The notes under the pieces were generated by a model. That model had not been told where the DNA came from. It searched no databases and was given only the letters and a program-made list of their open reading frames with translations. The position numbers were made by a program, and so were the translations under genes. From Paecilomyces variotii (Eukaryota), in the NCBI GenBank assembly GCA_004022145.1, contig RCNU01000004.1: DNA of 64,000 bases; one strand, 5' to 3'. This document shows, piece by piece, positions 25,878 through 37,316 of this stretch. Numbering within the stretch: position 1 is the first letter of the stretch; each line of letters begins with the position of its first letter.

Positions 25878-25883
25878 CACGTG
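25878..25883. promoter_or_regulatory. CACGTG E-box (possible Pho4/NUC-1/PalcA-type phosphate-response site) in a divergent promoter
   Basis: ATCACGTGG lies between the divergently transcribed sphingomyelinase and secreted phosphatase genes. Confidence 0.3.
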
Positions 25884-26779
25884 GTGCTTGTCGATCCCGA
25901 GGAGATTTTAGTTAATTAATAACAGAAATCAGATAGTGAGACGCACGTAGTGGGATTGCATCTCTCATAAATCCATAGACACATTTTCATCTTAAGTCGG
26001 TATGATGGTTCGCAGATTGAGACGTGGCGGTTCGATTCCGCAATCTGCTGATGATGTTCGAGGAATACTGCAACTTGCAACCGTCTGGGATACTTAATGC
26101 CCGTCATGATATGCAGGGAAGGAAAGACCTTAATCAAATCTGATAATTAATCCCAGCAGCCCTAATCTCCGCAATAACAATAGACTAAGGACATTATTCA
26201 GGAACAGTTCCTCGCTAGATCAGGGTGAAGCTGCGATCGACAGTTTCTCAACCCTAAAAACACATGGTCGTTCCGCCTTTCCTGACTGGTCGATTCCGTT
26301 CTTCATCTGAACAACTGGCCGGTGCCTTGGGTTTTAGACAAAGATCCAGGATGCGACACAGTATTATTATACAAAGCTAAATCACATCCAATGATGACTG
26401 CCTTTTACGCCCCCAATTCCTTCCTCCGTCTGCAGTGCAACCCGGCGAAAATGATCTACGATGGATAGTTTACGCTGGTAGCTAGCTAGTATCGCGGGCC
26501 GTGGCAGAACTGGGCCAGAACACCAACCAGACCATAGAACCACCGCTTCGAGGAGATATAGCTGAGGATTTAGGTTCCGTGAATCTCATCGGTCATTGGA
26601 CTAGAAAATCTGATCAGTTTTCATCTAACTCTTCCTGCGGATACTTCTAGGTTGCAGTCATCAGAGCTTAGTTCAGATTGTCATAAAGACATCGTCGTCC
26701 TACTATTTCAGATACTCATCTTTGCTGGTTTCCTCATTAGGAGATCATTCAATCCTGCATCTAGAATATAATCACTAAC

Positions 26780-27425
26780 ATGAAGTTCTCATATTCTCTT
26801 CCTTTGCTTGCCCTGTGGGTATCATCTGCCTCTGCTGCTGCGACCGTTTATCTGATCCGTCATGGCGAGAAGCCATCAAATGGATCTACCGGACTAAGCA
26901 CTCAAGGAGAACAGCGTGCCCAATGTCTTCGATCTGTCTTCGGAGCCAGTTCGTCCTATAACATCGGATACATCCTGGCGCAGACGCCAAAATCTGGTAA
27001 TAAGAACCATCCTCGTCAACATAACGCATCCATTCTAACCGTTGTCTGGTATAGATGGAAAGAGAGACCGTCCCTTCGAGACGGTCGAGCCCCTGGCTCA
27101 AGATCTCGGCTTGACGGTCGACACGAGCTGCGATCGTGATGATCCAAAATGCGTCAAGAAAGCAGTCGACAACTACACTGGTTCTGGCAATATCCTCATC
27201 TGCTGGGAGCACGGTGAGTTGACTGACATTGTTGATAAGCTTGGGGATGACAATGCCCCGACCTATCCGGATGATCGGTAAGAAGGCTCGAAAGTGGAGC
27301 GAATTATAATCAATTCAAACGAGACGCTGATTTCGTCTAGCTATGATATCATCTGGACAGACCCGTCGCCATATGATAGTATCACGTCCCAGACGAGCGA
27401 GAATTGCCCGGGTTTGGACAGCTAG
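26780..27425 (+). CDS. Small secreted histidine-phosphatase (phosphoglycerate mutase-like) family protein; 3 exons (26780-26996, 27054-27277, 27341-27425)
   Basis: Signal peptide, VYLIRHGEKP (RHG motif), GLSTQGEQRA, RPFETVEPLA and ILICWEH. GTAATA and GTAAGA donors. Confidence 0.88.
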
Positions 27426-27990
27426 AAGGTTTCAGATTCAGATCTTCCAGAAAGGCCTTTGAAGTTTATAAGCTAGATTCTTGTTCCTCATTTCGTGAAC
27501 ATTGTTCCCCACACGCATTAGGTGGTATTATTTGAGATTTCCCGCCGGAGATATAAGTAGAGATAAACCGATACAGAAGAGGTTTTTCCTGCCGCTATTA
27601 AATCCAGTGAATATAAATCCGGATGGCCATAGTGCCAACACCATGTCTACAACTAGATCTTGAACAACTATACATATTTAGTAAGTTTCCGGGAGCTGAG
27701 AGATGATGGAGAAATTCACAAGAAGGAAGCTGGTAGCAATTTTTGAAAGGAGCGAGAACTATTGTTAGCGACATGCATTTACCTAGGTACCTAGGTAGGT
27801 AGCGTGTTCCGCATTCCAAATACGGTTAAGACAGCCGGGTCTCCTGCTTGACAACTGTTAGAGAGACAAGCAGACCAACATCAACTAACCTGAGGATCCG
27901 TCTAATCATTTATCTGCACTCTCAGTCAATAAGAGATTCGTCGTGCTGTGAAGCAGTTCTCCTCACTCTTGACGACAATTGTCATTTCTG

Positions 27991-29208
27991 ATGGCACTGA
28001 ATATTGGCCAGATCATCAAGGGGAAATACAAGACATATCGGCTTGTGGATGTTTTGAAGGTTCCTACTGTCTTCAAGGCGCGGGTGCTACCCGATCTAGG
28101 CGTCAAGTCGACATCGTATGTCTTCTATCTTTCTCTCTCTACTTTGAAAAAGATACTAATTTATACAAAGCGCGGTCGTAAAAACTGAATTGGGTCCGGA
28201 GAAGATTTGCTTGAAACGAGAGCGAGATAACTACCGAATACCTGCCATTACATCATGCAAGTACATCCGAGAGTTATGCGATGTTATAAGCTCAGACAGC
28301 AAAGAACTAAGAGCAGAGAAAGCCGACTCGGCCATTAACTCTTTATGCTTGGTGTTTGAATGGATGGATCATGACTTAAGAACAGTGCCTTCCTTTGAGT
28401 TCCGGAGTAACTCTGATCTTCCAAAGATTATAAGCAAAGCAGTACTTTCTGCCCTTGCTCTTCTTTCTCAGTTTAATGCAGTTCATACAGGTGTGTCTCA
28501 TATGTGCAACCCCCCTGTTATCGGCGAATGCTAAGTGAGAAGATATCAATCCCAACAACATTTTTCTTTCCAACATTAGGGGCGCTTCTCCAATAGTGAA
28601 GGTAGGAGATTTAGGAAATAGTAAGTACTCTCTTCCAGAATCTGTAGATTTTGCTGACTAGGTCAGTGTTGTCACAGGGTTACAACAAGATCCGCCTTCA
28701 GAGCCTTCCTACTCGTGCACCAGAGGTTTGGCGAGGTTTAGGATGCTTTCATTCCTCTGACGTGTGGTCCTTTGGTATTACTGTGGGTTGGTTAAACTCT
28801 TCTCTGTAGAAATCTATACTAATTGCGAAGTTGGTACATTGGCTGGCCCAGAGACCTATTTTCGGCGCTAAAGATAAGATTGTCGAAAATCTTACTGAGG
28901 CATGGTGCATTGCAAAGATTCGACGTCTTGTTGGACCGTTTGGGCCCCCTGTTAATAAGCCCGATTACGAGGAAGAATTCTTCATTGCGGAATATTTAGA
29001 GTCGACGACGTTTAGCCATCCGGACACAGGTGCGGAGACTCCTTTCATAAAGGTAGGCTCTTTGCGCCAAGAGCTCGAGAGGCTGCCAGGGCCTGTGGTA
29101 TCGCCGGAGTTACTGGACTTTATTGAATACTTACTAGTGGTCGATCATACAAAAAGACCAACAGCTTCAGAGGCATTGCAACACCCGTATTTACGGTCTC
29201 TTGATTGA
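27991..29208 (+). CDS. Divergent Ser/Thr protein kinase (fungal CMGC/SRPK-like expansion type); 5 exons
   Basis: Spliced motifs AVVKT, LCLVFEWMD, HTDINPNNIF, VKVGDLGN, RAPEVW, SDVWSFG and KRPTASEALQHPYL. Four short GT-AG introns keep the frame. Confidence 0.85.
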
Positions 29209-29576
29209 AGTCTTCAGCTACTATGGTATTATAATGCACTGCATTTCTCATGAAGGATAGTCAAAGAAAGAGTATCAGATATATCATTGAGTAAATAGAA
29301 TAGATTAGTCGTTGTGGTATTGATAGCACATATAGCGAAGGCTTTCATTGCATTAATGTCATCATTCATCCCCTTTCATGCTCTATATGCGTGTCCTTGG
29401 AGGTTTGTTGACAAAAAAAAAAAAAAAAAAAAGACTGGTATCGATAAGAAACTTGTGGGTATAGTCATTCGGGAACCGATGCGGAAGCTGTGCCGATATC
29501 TGATTATCAAGCAGTCTCAGCATCTCGACTTACATCCAAGAATGGGTTTCAAGCTGATTCAAAAGAGTTAATTTCA

Positions 29577-30626
29577 TCAAAATAGTGGGATCTTTGCCGT
29601 GTTGACATAGTCGATGTTGTCCTTGTAGCCCTCCACTCTCGGTCGAGTGGTGCCGAAGAGACGATCCCAGACTCGGGTCTGCTTGCCGTAGTTGTGACTC
29701 TTCTTCCACCCTTGGCGATGATGCAGATCGTGGTCTTCGATGACCAATTCGAGATCGAGCATTCTCAAAAGGAAATTGAGCGGGTTGACAGCCGTGGCTT
29801 CCATCCGCAGGCCGCTGTGTCCTAGGACCTCCGTAAAGACGACATACTCGCAGGCAAACCACCAGTCGTAAAAGCTAAAGGACATCCCTAGGAGCTTTAA
29901 AGTCGCGAATGTCATCATGGGGATTCCAACGATGTCGAAGAACTCTTGCTCGTGGTCGGCGTAGCTCGTCAGGAGAGGGTTTGGATGTTTTGTCAAGTGG
30001 TGCGTGCGATGGAATTTCCAGAGGGTCTCGGTGGCATGCATCACACGATGATACCAGTAGAACCAAAAGTCCAGCACGATGGCATAGATGCCGATCTTGA
30101 AAGGAAGCGACAACCAGTTGATCGATGAGGGCTCCTGGTTGACATTGTATCCGAAATAGACCATTATTAGTGGACGAAAGAAGATGACGGAGAGCAAAGA
30201 GCGACTGGTTCTCCAGACGCCGACATCCGGAACCCCATCGCGCTCATGCTTGTCTCCGTCAAAAAACCCATATGTATGGGCCACACGTCGAAGAACATGT
30301 ATCTCATGGACCGCGTTTGCCGTTAACGAGAAGTGATAGAGGAGCCAGACAGCCCATGGAGGTAGGTTCTGGTGAGTGTAACTGATGTAGGCCTGCTGCA
30401 GAACTACCGGGAGAGCGGCATGAAGAAGAACCCAGATATGAAACTGGGCTTCGGGGGCGTAAGGGACCTTTTCAGTCTTTTGATGCACCGGGATTTTCTT
30501 GTCCAGCTCGACGTGGTGGACATTGAGGACTTCGATCAGCCAGTGCCAGGGACCCCATTTGCTATGATCCCACCTGCGCCAGGTGGATGTCATAGAGTCC
30601 TTCGGGTTGCGCATAGGAACAGCCAT
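29577..30626 (-). CDS. Fatty acid hydroxylase / sterol desaturase superfamily membrane enzyme
   Basis: Histidine boxes FYWYHRVMH, FHRTHH, GHSG and HDLHH, plus NYGKQTRVWDRLFGT. Intronless; first ATG at 30626. Confidence 0.92.
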   Translation of the reverse strand: MAVPMRNPKDSMTSTWRRWDHSKWGPWHWLIEVLNVHHVELDKKIPVHQKTEKVPYAPEAQFHIWVLLHAALPVVLQQAYISYTHQNLPPWAVWLLYHFSLTANAVHEIHVLRRVAHTYGFFDGDKHERDGVPDVGVWRTSRSLLSVIFFRPLIMVYFGYNVNQEPSSINWLSLPFKIGIYAIVLDFWFYWYHRVMHATETLWKFHRTHHLTKHPNPLLTSYADHEQEFFDIVGIPMMTFATLKLLGMSFSFYDWWFACEYVVFTEVLGHSGLRMEATAVNPLNFLLRMLDLELVIEDHDLHHRQGWKKSHNYGKQTRVWDRLFGTTRPRVEGYKDNIDYVNTAKIPLF

Positions 30627-31565
30627 TGTAGCAGGAAACGACAATGATCGCTGATACTATCGAGGTTTCTACTACAACAACAGTGGCGGAAGAAATGGCT
30701 AGTTAATTTAATAGTTTATCGTTCGAGAACCATGTGCTGGTCAAACCCCGCCTCTCACATGTTTGGCGCCCTCAGATCATTGCCAATTATGACAGCACAG
30801 GATCCGGATACTCTGAACTACTGTCAACCTAGAATAGTAATTAGTTCAATGTCACAGTTGGCTAAACTCCAGTCCAAAAGAAGCCAACTGAGATACGCTC
30901 TTGAGAGTCGCTGACAAGATATGCCACCTTCAGCAATGAAGGATCCGTTAGAATCAACGCCTTCTTTTGGACGTAGGGGCTCTCATCGCCATCTGAAAAT
31001 ATTGCTGCCTTCAAGTTATAACCGGCACTCCCAGATAACAGGAAACTAGTAGAACTAACTCGCCACCAGAATGAGTCTGATTGCAACACCTGAACCCGAT
31101 GATCCAGCGCCGGTATCTTGTTACTAACCAGACTCCTGGGTGGATTTCAAATGATTCTGGGGAAAAGCTGGGGGAATCCCATGCTCTCGGGTACTCCGCG
31201 AAATATACACCTCGGTAGCCCACAATGGACGGTGAAAGTCTGCCTTCGATCTTTAACGTCATCGGATGCTAAGTACTTTCCTACCCGCCTTTTCTCAGTC
31301 CAAGTAGATTGCCACCAGAGTCTCGATTCTGCGGACTACTCCACAGTTTAATATTATTAGGTAGTTAACTGATAGAGGGATCTCTGGATCTTGGAGCACC
31401 TCACGACAACAACCCATCCTAATCCGGTTAGACTAGACTAGCTACCGCGCCTCCTCGCAGGAAGAGAAAGCCGTGATGATTGGTCTGGCATCGCATGTAC
31501 CAGACGACATCTAATTACTCTACCATAGATTCTCTTGGGCTGCTGATTTCTAGAGACTGACTTCG

Positions 31566-32282
31566 ATGCTCGAAATTCTCTTCCCCATCTTTCTCCTCGC
31601 CATCCCCCCTCTATATCTCATCTACAAACCACCCGGTCTCCTAATCAGCCATTTCCAGCGTCGCTGGCCGGATGTCCTATGGCGCGTCCCGACATCCGAA
31701 AAGGTCGTGGCGCTGACTATTGACGACGCGCCATCTGAATATACAGATGAGATTCTACAGATTCTCAAAACTCATCATGCGAAAGCAACCTTCTTCGTGA
31801 TCGGGTGTCAGATCGCGGGTCGAGAAGAATCGCTTATTGATCTCGTCCGCCATGGGAACGAGCTTGGTAATCATGCTATGTATGATGAGCCATCGCGGAA
31901 CCTGAGAGACGAGGTGCTAGAAGACCAGATCCGTACTGTCCAGGGTATGATTCAGGGTATTTATGAGACTGCCGGTATTCTCCAGAGACCGCAGAAGTAC
32001 TTCCGTCCGGGTTCGGGGTTTTTCAGTACGAGGATGCGAGAGCTTTTGAAGACGTTGGGATTTCGTCTTGTATTAGGAGACGTGTACCCGCATGATCCTC
32101 AGGTGCAGTTTTGGAGACTGAATGCTGCGCATATCTTGAGTATGGTTCGTCCGGGGAGTGTTATTGTCTGCCATGATAGGAGGGCTTGGACGGCGCCTAT
32201 GTTGAGAAAGGTCTTGGAGGAGTTGGGACAGAGAGGGTATAGAGTTGTTACGGTGACGGAACTGTTAGATATAGTGAATTAG
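31566..32282 (+). CDS. Polysaccharide deacetylase (CE4/NodB domain) with N-terminal hydrophobic anchor
   Basis: VALTIDDAP, KATFFVIG, GNELGNH, YFRPGSG, VIVCHD and GYRVVTVTEL motifs. Intronless, 238 aa. Confidence 0.9.
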   Translation: MLEILFPIFLLAIPPLYLIYKPPGLLISHFQRRWPDVLWRVPTSEKVVALTIDDAPSEYTDEILQILKTHHAKATFFVIGCQIAGREESLIDLVRHGNELGNHAMYDEPSRNLRDEVLEDQIRTVQGMIQGIYETAGILQRPQKYFRPGSGFFSTRMRELLKTLGFRLVLGDVYPHDPQVQFWRLNAAHILSMVRPGSVIVCHDRRAWTAPMLRKVLEELGQRGYRVVTVTELLDIVN

Positions 32283-32963
32283 CACTCTACTGCGTGCTTT
32301 GAATAGAGCCAAAAAGTACAGACATGCTTTGCTATCAAAAAGAGATTCTTGAGTCAAAAGTTGCCATTCTAGAGAATCTCTGGAAAGTCCAGTACTTGTA
32401 ACAGAGAACACAGGGATGGCATCGCAGACCGAATATGCTTCCCAGGGCATCGCTGGCAGCCAGTCTGACATTATGGAAGGCTCCATTATACAGTGGATGT
32501 GTGCTAGGCAGTTGCAGGTGAGTAAAGGCTATTGCCATCCTGTTAGGGGGGCAAGAGAGAAAGAAGAATAACAAGGCTAGTATCTATGACTATAAACGCA
32601 ACCCATTCATGGGAGCCCACCGCCATCATACGCAAACAACAACAGGTAGCAGTGAATGTAATTGATTGTTGACTAGACTTTAGAGCTATTAGGTCACTGT
32701 TATCTTCTTCTAAACTATCTCCCCAACAACCTCCAGACACAGATCTCTCTCTCTCTCTCTTTCACTTCTGTTGAACACACATATCTAACGCGTTCAACAC
32801 TAGAAGAACGCGTCGCGCTCTTTATCTTCACAGTAATCAGGACAACACCAGTCTGAGTTCACAAGTCGCTCCTTTTGGCAGTTTGTTCTAAGTTGCCCAT
32901 TCACCGTTGAGAGTATTCACGGCCTTGGTAGAACCATGGCCCTTTTACCTCCTATTGACTTCA

Positions 32964-33816
32964 ATGACCCAAGGTGAGTCCAGCTTAAAGCTTATACAAG
33001 CAGACAGCATCTTGGAGGAATCTTCAGAAAGAACACAACTCCCTCAACTTCCTTGTGGTCCTCTATCATACATTCAAAGAACTACAACTGCTACTACTCA
33101 TATCATAACACTGACGCAACTCAGTCTCCCTACTCTTAAAGGAAGGAAATCTAGAAAAGATCGCGCTGATCGTCCTCATCGTGGTCGCCACAGGTAACTC
33201 CTCATGGCCTATGCTGAGAATAGGTGCTGACGGAGTCTTAGAATGAAGCGTAACGCTAGCAATGTTGATCTTCTCCCCCGGGATATAGCTACAGTCACCA
33301 GAAAAAGAGACACTAGCCCGCATGACGATACTCGACTCTCCCTTGCCAAGTACAGACTTGCAAAGGCACAGGCGCTTGACCAGCCCTTCGAGTACAATGA
33401 AACTCCGGAATCGAAGAAGCATCGTCCGCCCCCATTGAAAATCATGGTAAGAAGCTTGAAAGGATAACAACTGAAACAGAAAACATGTAATGACACTTAG
33501 CTAGGGCCCGCCTAGCACACCGCCGCTGGAAAACGAAGGAAATACGCCCGCGCTTTCGGGAGACGCTATTGCGTGTATCCTTGAGAAAACCAAGCCGGAT
33601 TGTCCCAAGGCACAGGCCTGGATCAAGGCGCACGAGGTGTCTAAAAAGGTGACTGAAAAGGCAAAGACCCTTGGACATATCCCTCGTGATATGCACAATG
33701 ACTGCTCTCGAGTTGAGACTCCCTCCCAGCCAGACGGGAAAGGAGATGAACATGCGTCGGACTTTGAGAAAGTTGTGAAGGCCCACGAGAGGCTTCAGAG
33801 AGTCATGTTTGGATAA
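32964..33816 (+). CDS. Orphan/hypothetical spliced protein (start uncertain: 32964 or 33243)
   Basis: Intron 33447-33504 (GTAAGA...CTAG) joins MKRNASN...PLKIM to a ~104-codon open frame GPPSTPPLENEG...RLQRVMFG*. Intron 33194-33241 (GTAACT...GCTGAC...TAG) would join ORF 32907..33197 in frame. Confidence 0.5.
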
Positions 33817-34061
33817 ACCACATGCGATGTGGACAGGAAATAAGACTGGACTGGCAGATGTGGTATGAGGTTGATTCTAGAACTTAGGATCCGGAGCTTG
33901 GAAGCCCTTGTGTCCATGATTTGAGATTTGACAACCGTCCTCGTAGGACGAAGCGACGACTGATGACTGACGAACGATGATTTGGCTGTGCCACAAGATG
34001 ATTTTACCGAGATGATTCCTCCTATTAGTTTGAGTTAAGAAATGTGAATCTCCAGTCTCAT

Positions 34062-34847
34062 TCATGTCTTTTTTGCTTTGCTACCAGCGCGTACTTTGGC
34101 AGGTGTTTCTATTTTATCGACCAAAGGTCTGTAAGGGGCTGCCAGCACATGCTCTGGAGCTCTTTGTACGGGCTCTTCTCGTCTAGGTTCTCCCGGAGAT
34201 GGACGGCGCTGCTGCTCTTCGTGGAGTTTGTCGAGTGGTTCCCCGACGATCTGGTACTTGGCCCAGTTGATCGGAGGCATACGGACCACATTTTGTGGCG
34301 GAGGGATCTTTCCAAAGTTGGATCTTTTCTTGTCACTTTGATCTTTTGCTGCTTCTGATGTCTCATTACCATCATCGTCATCATCCGTGAAACTGATGAT
34401 GCTCTCTGATGGTCCCTTGGATACTAGATTACCAGCTGCGAGCTCTCTCGCGAAGCCTTCCGGATCCGCCCCAGCCGCTCTCTTTATCTGTTCCAGCGCA
34501 CGGATGTCTCGAACACTTTGCTGTTTCTGCAGTTGAAGGACCGTGAGAGCTGACCGCAGTGCAATAGCATCCGGGTTCTCACTCTCTGATATAGGCACAG
34601 GCGCCGGCTCTGGCACAAACGTAGGTGGGCGGGATGAAGAGGCTGCGCCACCCCCGTAGCCAGGCGGGATATCCTGATTAAAACTGAACCTCGTATTCGT
34701 GGGCGAAATTGCATTATCAGGAGGAACAATCGATGCTGAACCTTGAACAGGCGCGATATGCGCGAGAACCGGTGTGACGGGGGAGTATGGCGGGCGGGGT
34801 GGAGTGCCTGGCCGATCACTTCTCTGGTTCTGCTGTGATGGCTCCAT
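34062..34847 (-). CDS. Conserved-looking fungal hypothetical protein (261 aa)
   Basis: Intronless ORF with ordered-looking segments NPDAIALRSALTVLQLQKQQS and IPPPQNVVRMPPINWAKY; divergent from TPA1. Confidence 0.8.
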   Translation of the reverse strand: MEPSQQNQRSDRPGTPPRPPYSPVTPVLAHIAPVQGSASIVPPDNAISPTNTRFSFNQDIPPGYGGGAASSSRPPTFVPEPAPVPISESENPDAIALRSALTVLQLQKQQSVRDIRALEQIKRAAGADPEGFARELAAGNLVSKGPSESIISFTDDDDDGNETSEAAKDQSDKKRSNFGKIPPPQNVVRMPPINWAKYQIVGEPLDKLHEEQQRRPSPGEPRREEPVQRAPEHVLAAPYRPLVDKIETPAKVRAGSKAKKT

Positions 34848-35275
34848 CTCGTATAGTTAGCACGCTCACAATGAGCTTGTCGCGATGGTATCTGATTGTT
34901 TCATGTGTTTTTGATCTGAAGATCTGGATGGATGCAAGGTCAGGAGGAGTTCCAGAACTGCGAGGGCGAAACGCGGAGATCGGATCGGCAGGGCAGAACT
35001 CAGGGACCGTCTCCAGGCAGAACTTAGAAGTTATGGAGGATGACGACGGCGAGAGACCGTCGTCAGGTATAAAAATAGCCACTCCGTATTCTCGTAGTTC
35101 ATACTAGCAGTTGCACATAATCCAGAGCTTGATCTTCCAGCTCACGCCACCAGTCAAGAGTCACAGTTTCCCGCCCGACTGCAGAATCCCTCACCGCCCG
35201 GTCCGTCCGAAAAAAGTTTCCAAGGCCGATCACTGTCAGGTATCTGCTGGTTAATCGTCCACCTCACCAGCAGTC

Positions 35276-37316
35276 ATGAAGCGCAAGACAGAGACGAGAG
35301 AATCCCTGGATGCCAATACCCAGCCGGAAAAGAAACGGGCCCTCTCCAACGAGACAGTGAAGGCGCGGTTTCGCGATGGCCTGTTCGACCCAGCGGAATT
35401 GGAGAAGTACACTAAGAGCTATGCGGAGTCTGCACCGTACGTGATCGAAAGTCCAATCGCTGTCGTATTGAACGGATTGTATTGCATTGGATGTCTAACA
35501 CTCTTTGCTATTTTCCAGGTATAAGCATGGTGTCATCTGTCCCCTGATCGAGCCGACTCTGCTCCGCGGCGTCCGCGACGAAATCCAAGAGCACCTCTCG
35601 TTCACGGAGAAGGAAACGGATATTTACAAGATCTTCCAGTCGGGAGATCTGGCAAACCTCGATGGCCTGGATGATGGCTCGCTCTCCCGGCTGCCGTCGC
35701 TGCTGAAGCTGCGCGATTCTCTCTACTCGCAGCAGTTCCGCGAGTATCTCTCGTCGGTGACGGGATCAGGAAAGCTGAGCGGTCGCAAAACGGACATGGC
35801 CATCAACGTCTACACTGAAGGCTGCCATCTGCTCTGCCACGACGACGTCATTGGTAGCCGACGTGTCAGCTACATTCTGTACTTGACGGACCCCGACAAG
35901 CCCTGGCGTGCGGAGTGGGGAGGTGCGCTCCGTCTATATCCCACTACGGATGTTAAAGATGAAGATGGCGAGGACCTCAAGATCCCCAGCCCAGATTACA
36001 GCCTTTCAATCCCACCGGCCTTCAACCAACTCAGTTTCTTCACTGTCCAGCCGGGTGAGAGTTTCCATGATGTCGAAGAAGTCTACCACCCGTCAGAGGG
36101 AGCAGACAAAGGGGAGAAGAGAGTGCGAATGGCCATCAGTGGGTGGTTCCACATCCCGCAGGAAGGCGAGGATGGATACGAGGAGGGCCTCGAGGAAAAG
36201 CTGGCCGAGCGGAGCAGTCTTCAGCAGCTGCAGGGTCGAGGAGATTCTCACGACCTGCCTCAGGCCAAGCCGGTCGCGTACGAGGATGCGCTGGCGGCTG
36301 AAGAAGCCTCGAAAGGGAAAGGAAAGGGAAAGCAGGCCGTTGCGGAAGAAGATGAGACAGAACTTACCGAGACCGATCTTGACTTCCTCCTCAAATACCT
36401 CGCTCCGTCCTATCTCACTCCCGATATCGCTGAAGAACTCTCCGAGACATTCTCTAATGAGTCGTCTCTTAGTCTGGAGCGCATCCTCTCTGACAAGTTC
36501 GCCGCGCGGGTGCGCTCATACATTGAAGAGCAGGAGAAGCAGTCGCTGCCGAAAACTTCCCCCGAGATCGAGTCCACTACCCCGTGGAAGGTCGCTCGTC
36601 CTCCACACAAGCACCGATATCTTTTCCAGCAACCAGGGGAGGCGACAGAAGCCGAGAAGTCCCCTATTCAAGAGCTGCTGAATGATCTCCTTCCATCTAA
36701 GGCCTTCCGCAAATGGCTATCGCTTGTCACCGGTCTGGATCAGCTTACTAGCTACAATCTTCTTGCCCGTCGTTTCCGCCGTGGGGAGGACTATACCCTA
36801 GCTAGCGGATATGATGGTGAAGCCCCTCGTCTGGAATTTACCCTCGGTCTCACCCCGACTCCTGGATGGGAGAAGGAGAATGCTGAGGACGATGAGGACG
36901 AGGACGAGGACCAGGATGGAGAGGCCAAAAAGAACGGCTCCAAGGAGTCCAAGGAGTCCAAGGATGGAGAAGCACCAAGTGAGGATGGTCCCGCTGTGGG
37001 TGGTTATGAGATCTACATGGCCGGAGAAGACGATGAAGAAGAAGAGGATGCAGAGGGCGAGGAAAATGCCGACCAAGTCCTGAAGCCCAAGAGGAAGCTG
37101 GATCCGGCCATCTACAGAGCTGGGGACGATGATGATGACGGTATTCTCTTCAGCATGGCCGCCGGGTGGAACAGGATGAGCATCGTCCTCCGTGATAGCG
37201 GTACACTCAGGTTCGTCAAGTACGTCAGTGCCGCGGCGAAGGGTGACCGCTGGGACATTACTGGTGAGATTGGTGTTATCTTTGAGGAAGACGATGAGGA
37301 AGAGGACGATGAGTAA
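35276..37316 (+). CDS. TPA1: Prolyl 3,4-dihydroxylase TPA1/OFD1 (2OG-Fe(II) oxygenase acting on ribosomal protein uS12); 2 exons (intron ~35437-35518)
   Basis: APYKHGVI, KETDIYKIFQSGDLANL, LLCHDDVIGSRRVSYILYL (HxD), SFHDVEEV, RMAISGWFH, and the C-terminal Ofd1 domain LRDSGTLRFVKYVS. Confidence 0.95.

Noticed and set aside
27779..27802. TACCTAGGTA palindromes at ~20581 and ~27780 as possible element boundaries
   Set aside because: GTA/TAC-rich palindromic words recur throughout the intergenic DNA, and there is no extended repeat or target duplication.
30850..31350. Short overlapping ORFs between the hydroxylase and deacetylase genes
   Set aside because: Non-ATG starts and no motifs; the location fits a divergent promoter.
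20400..34000. Starship or other giant mobile element carrying the accessory block
   Set aside because: No DUF3435 tyrosine-recombinase captain, transposase or recognisable terminal repeats in the window.
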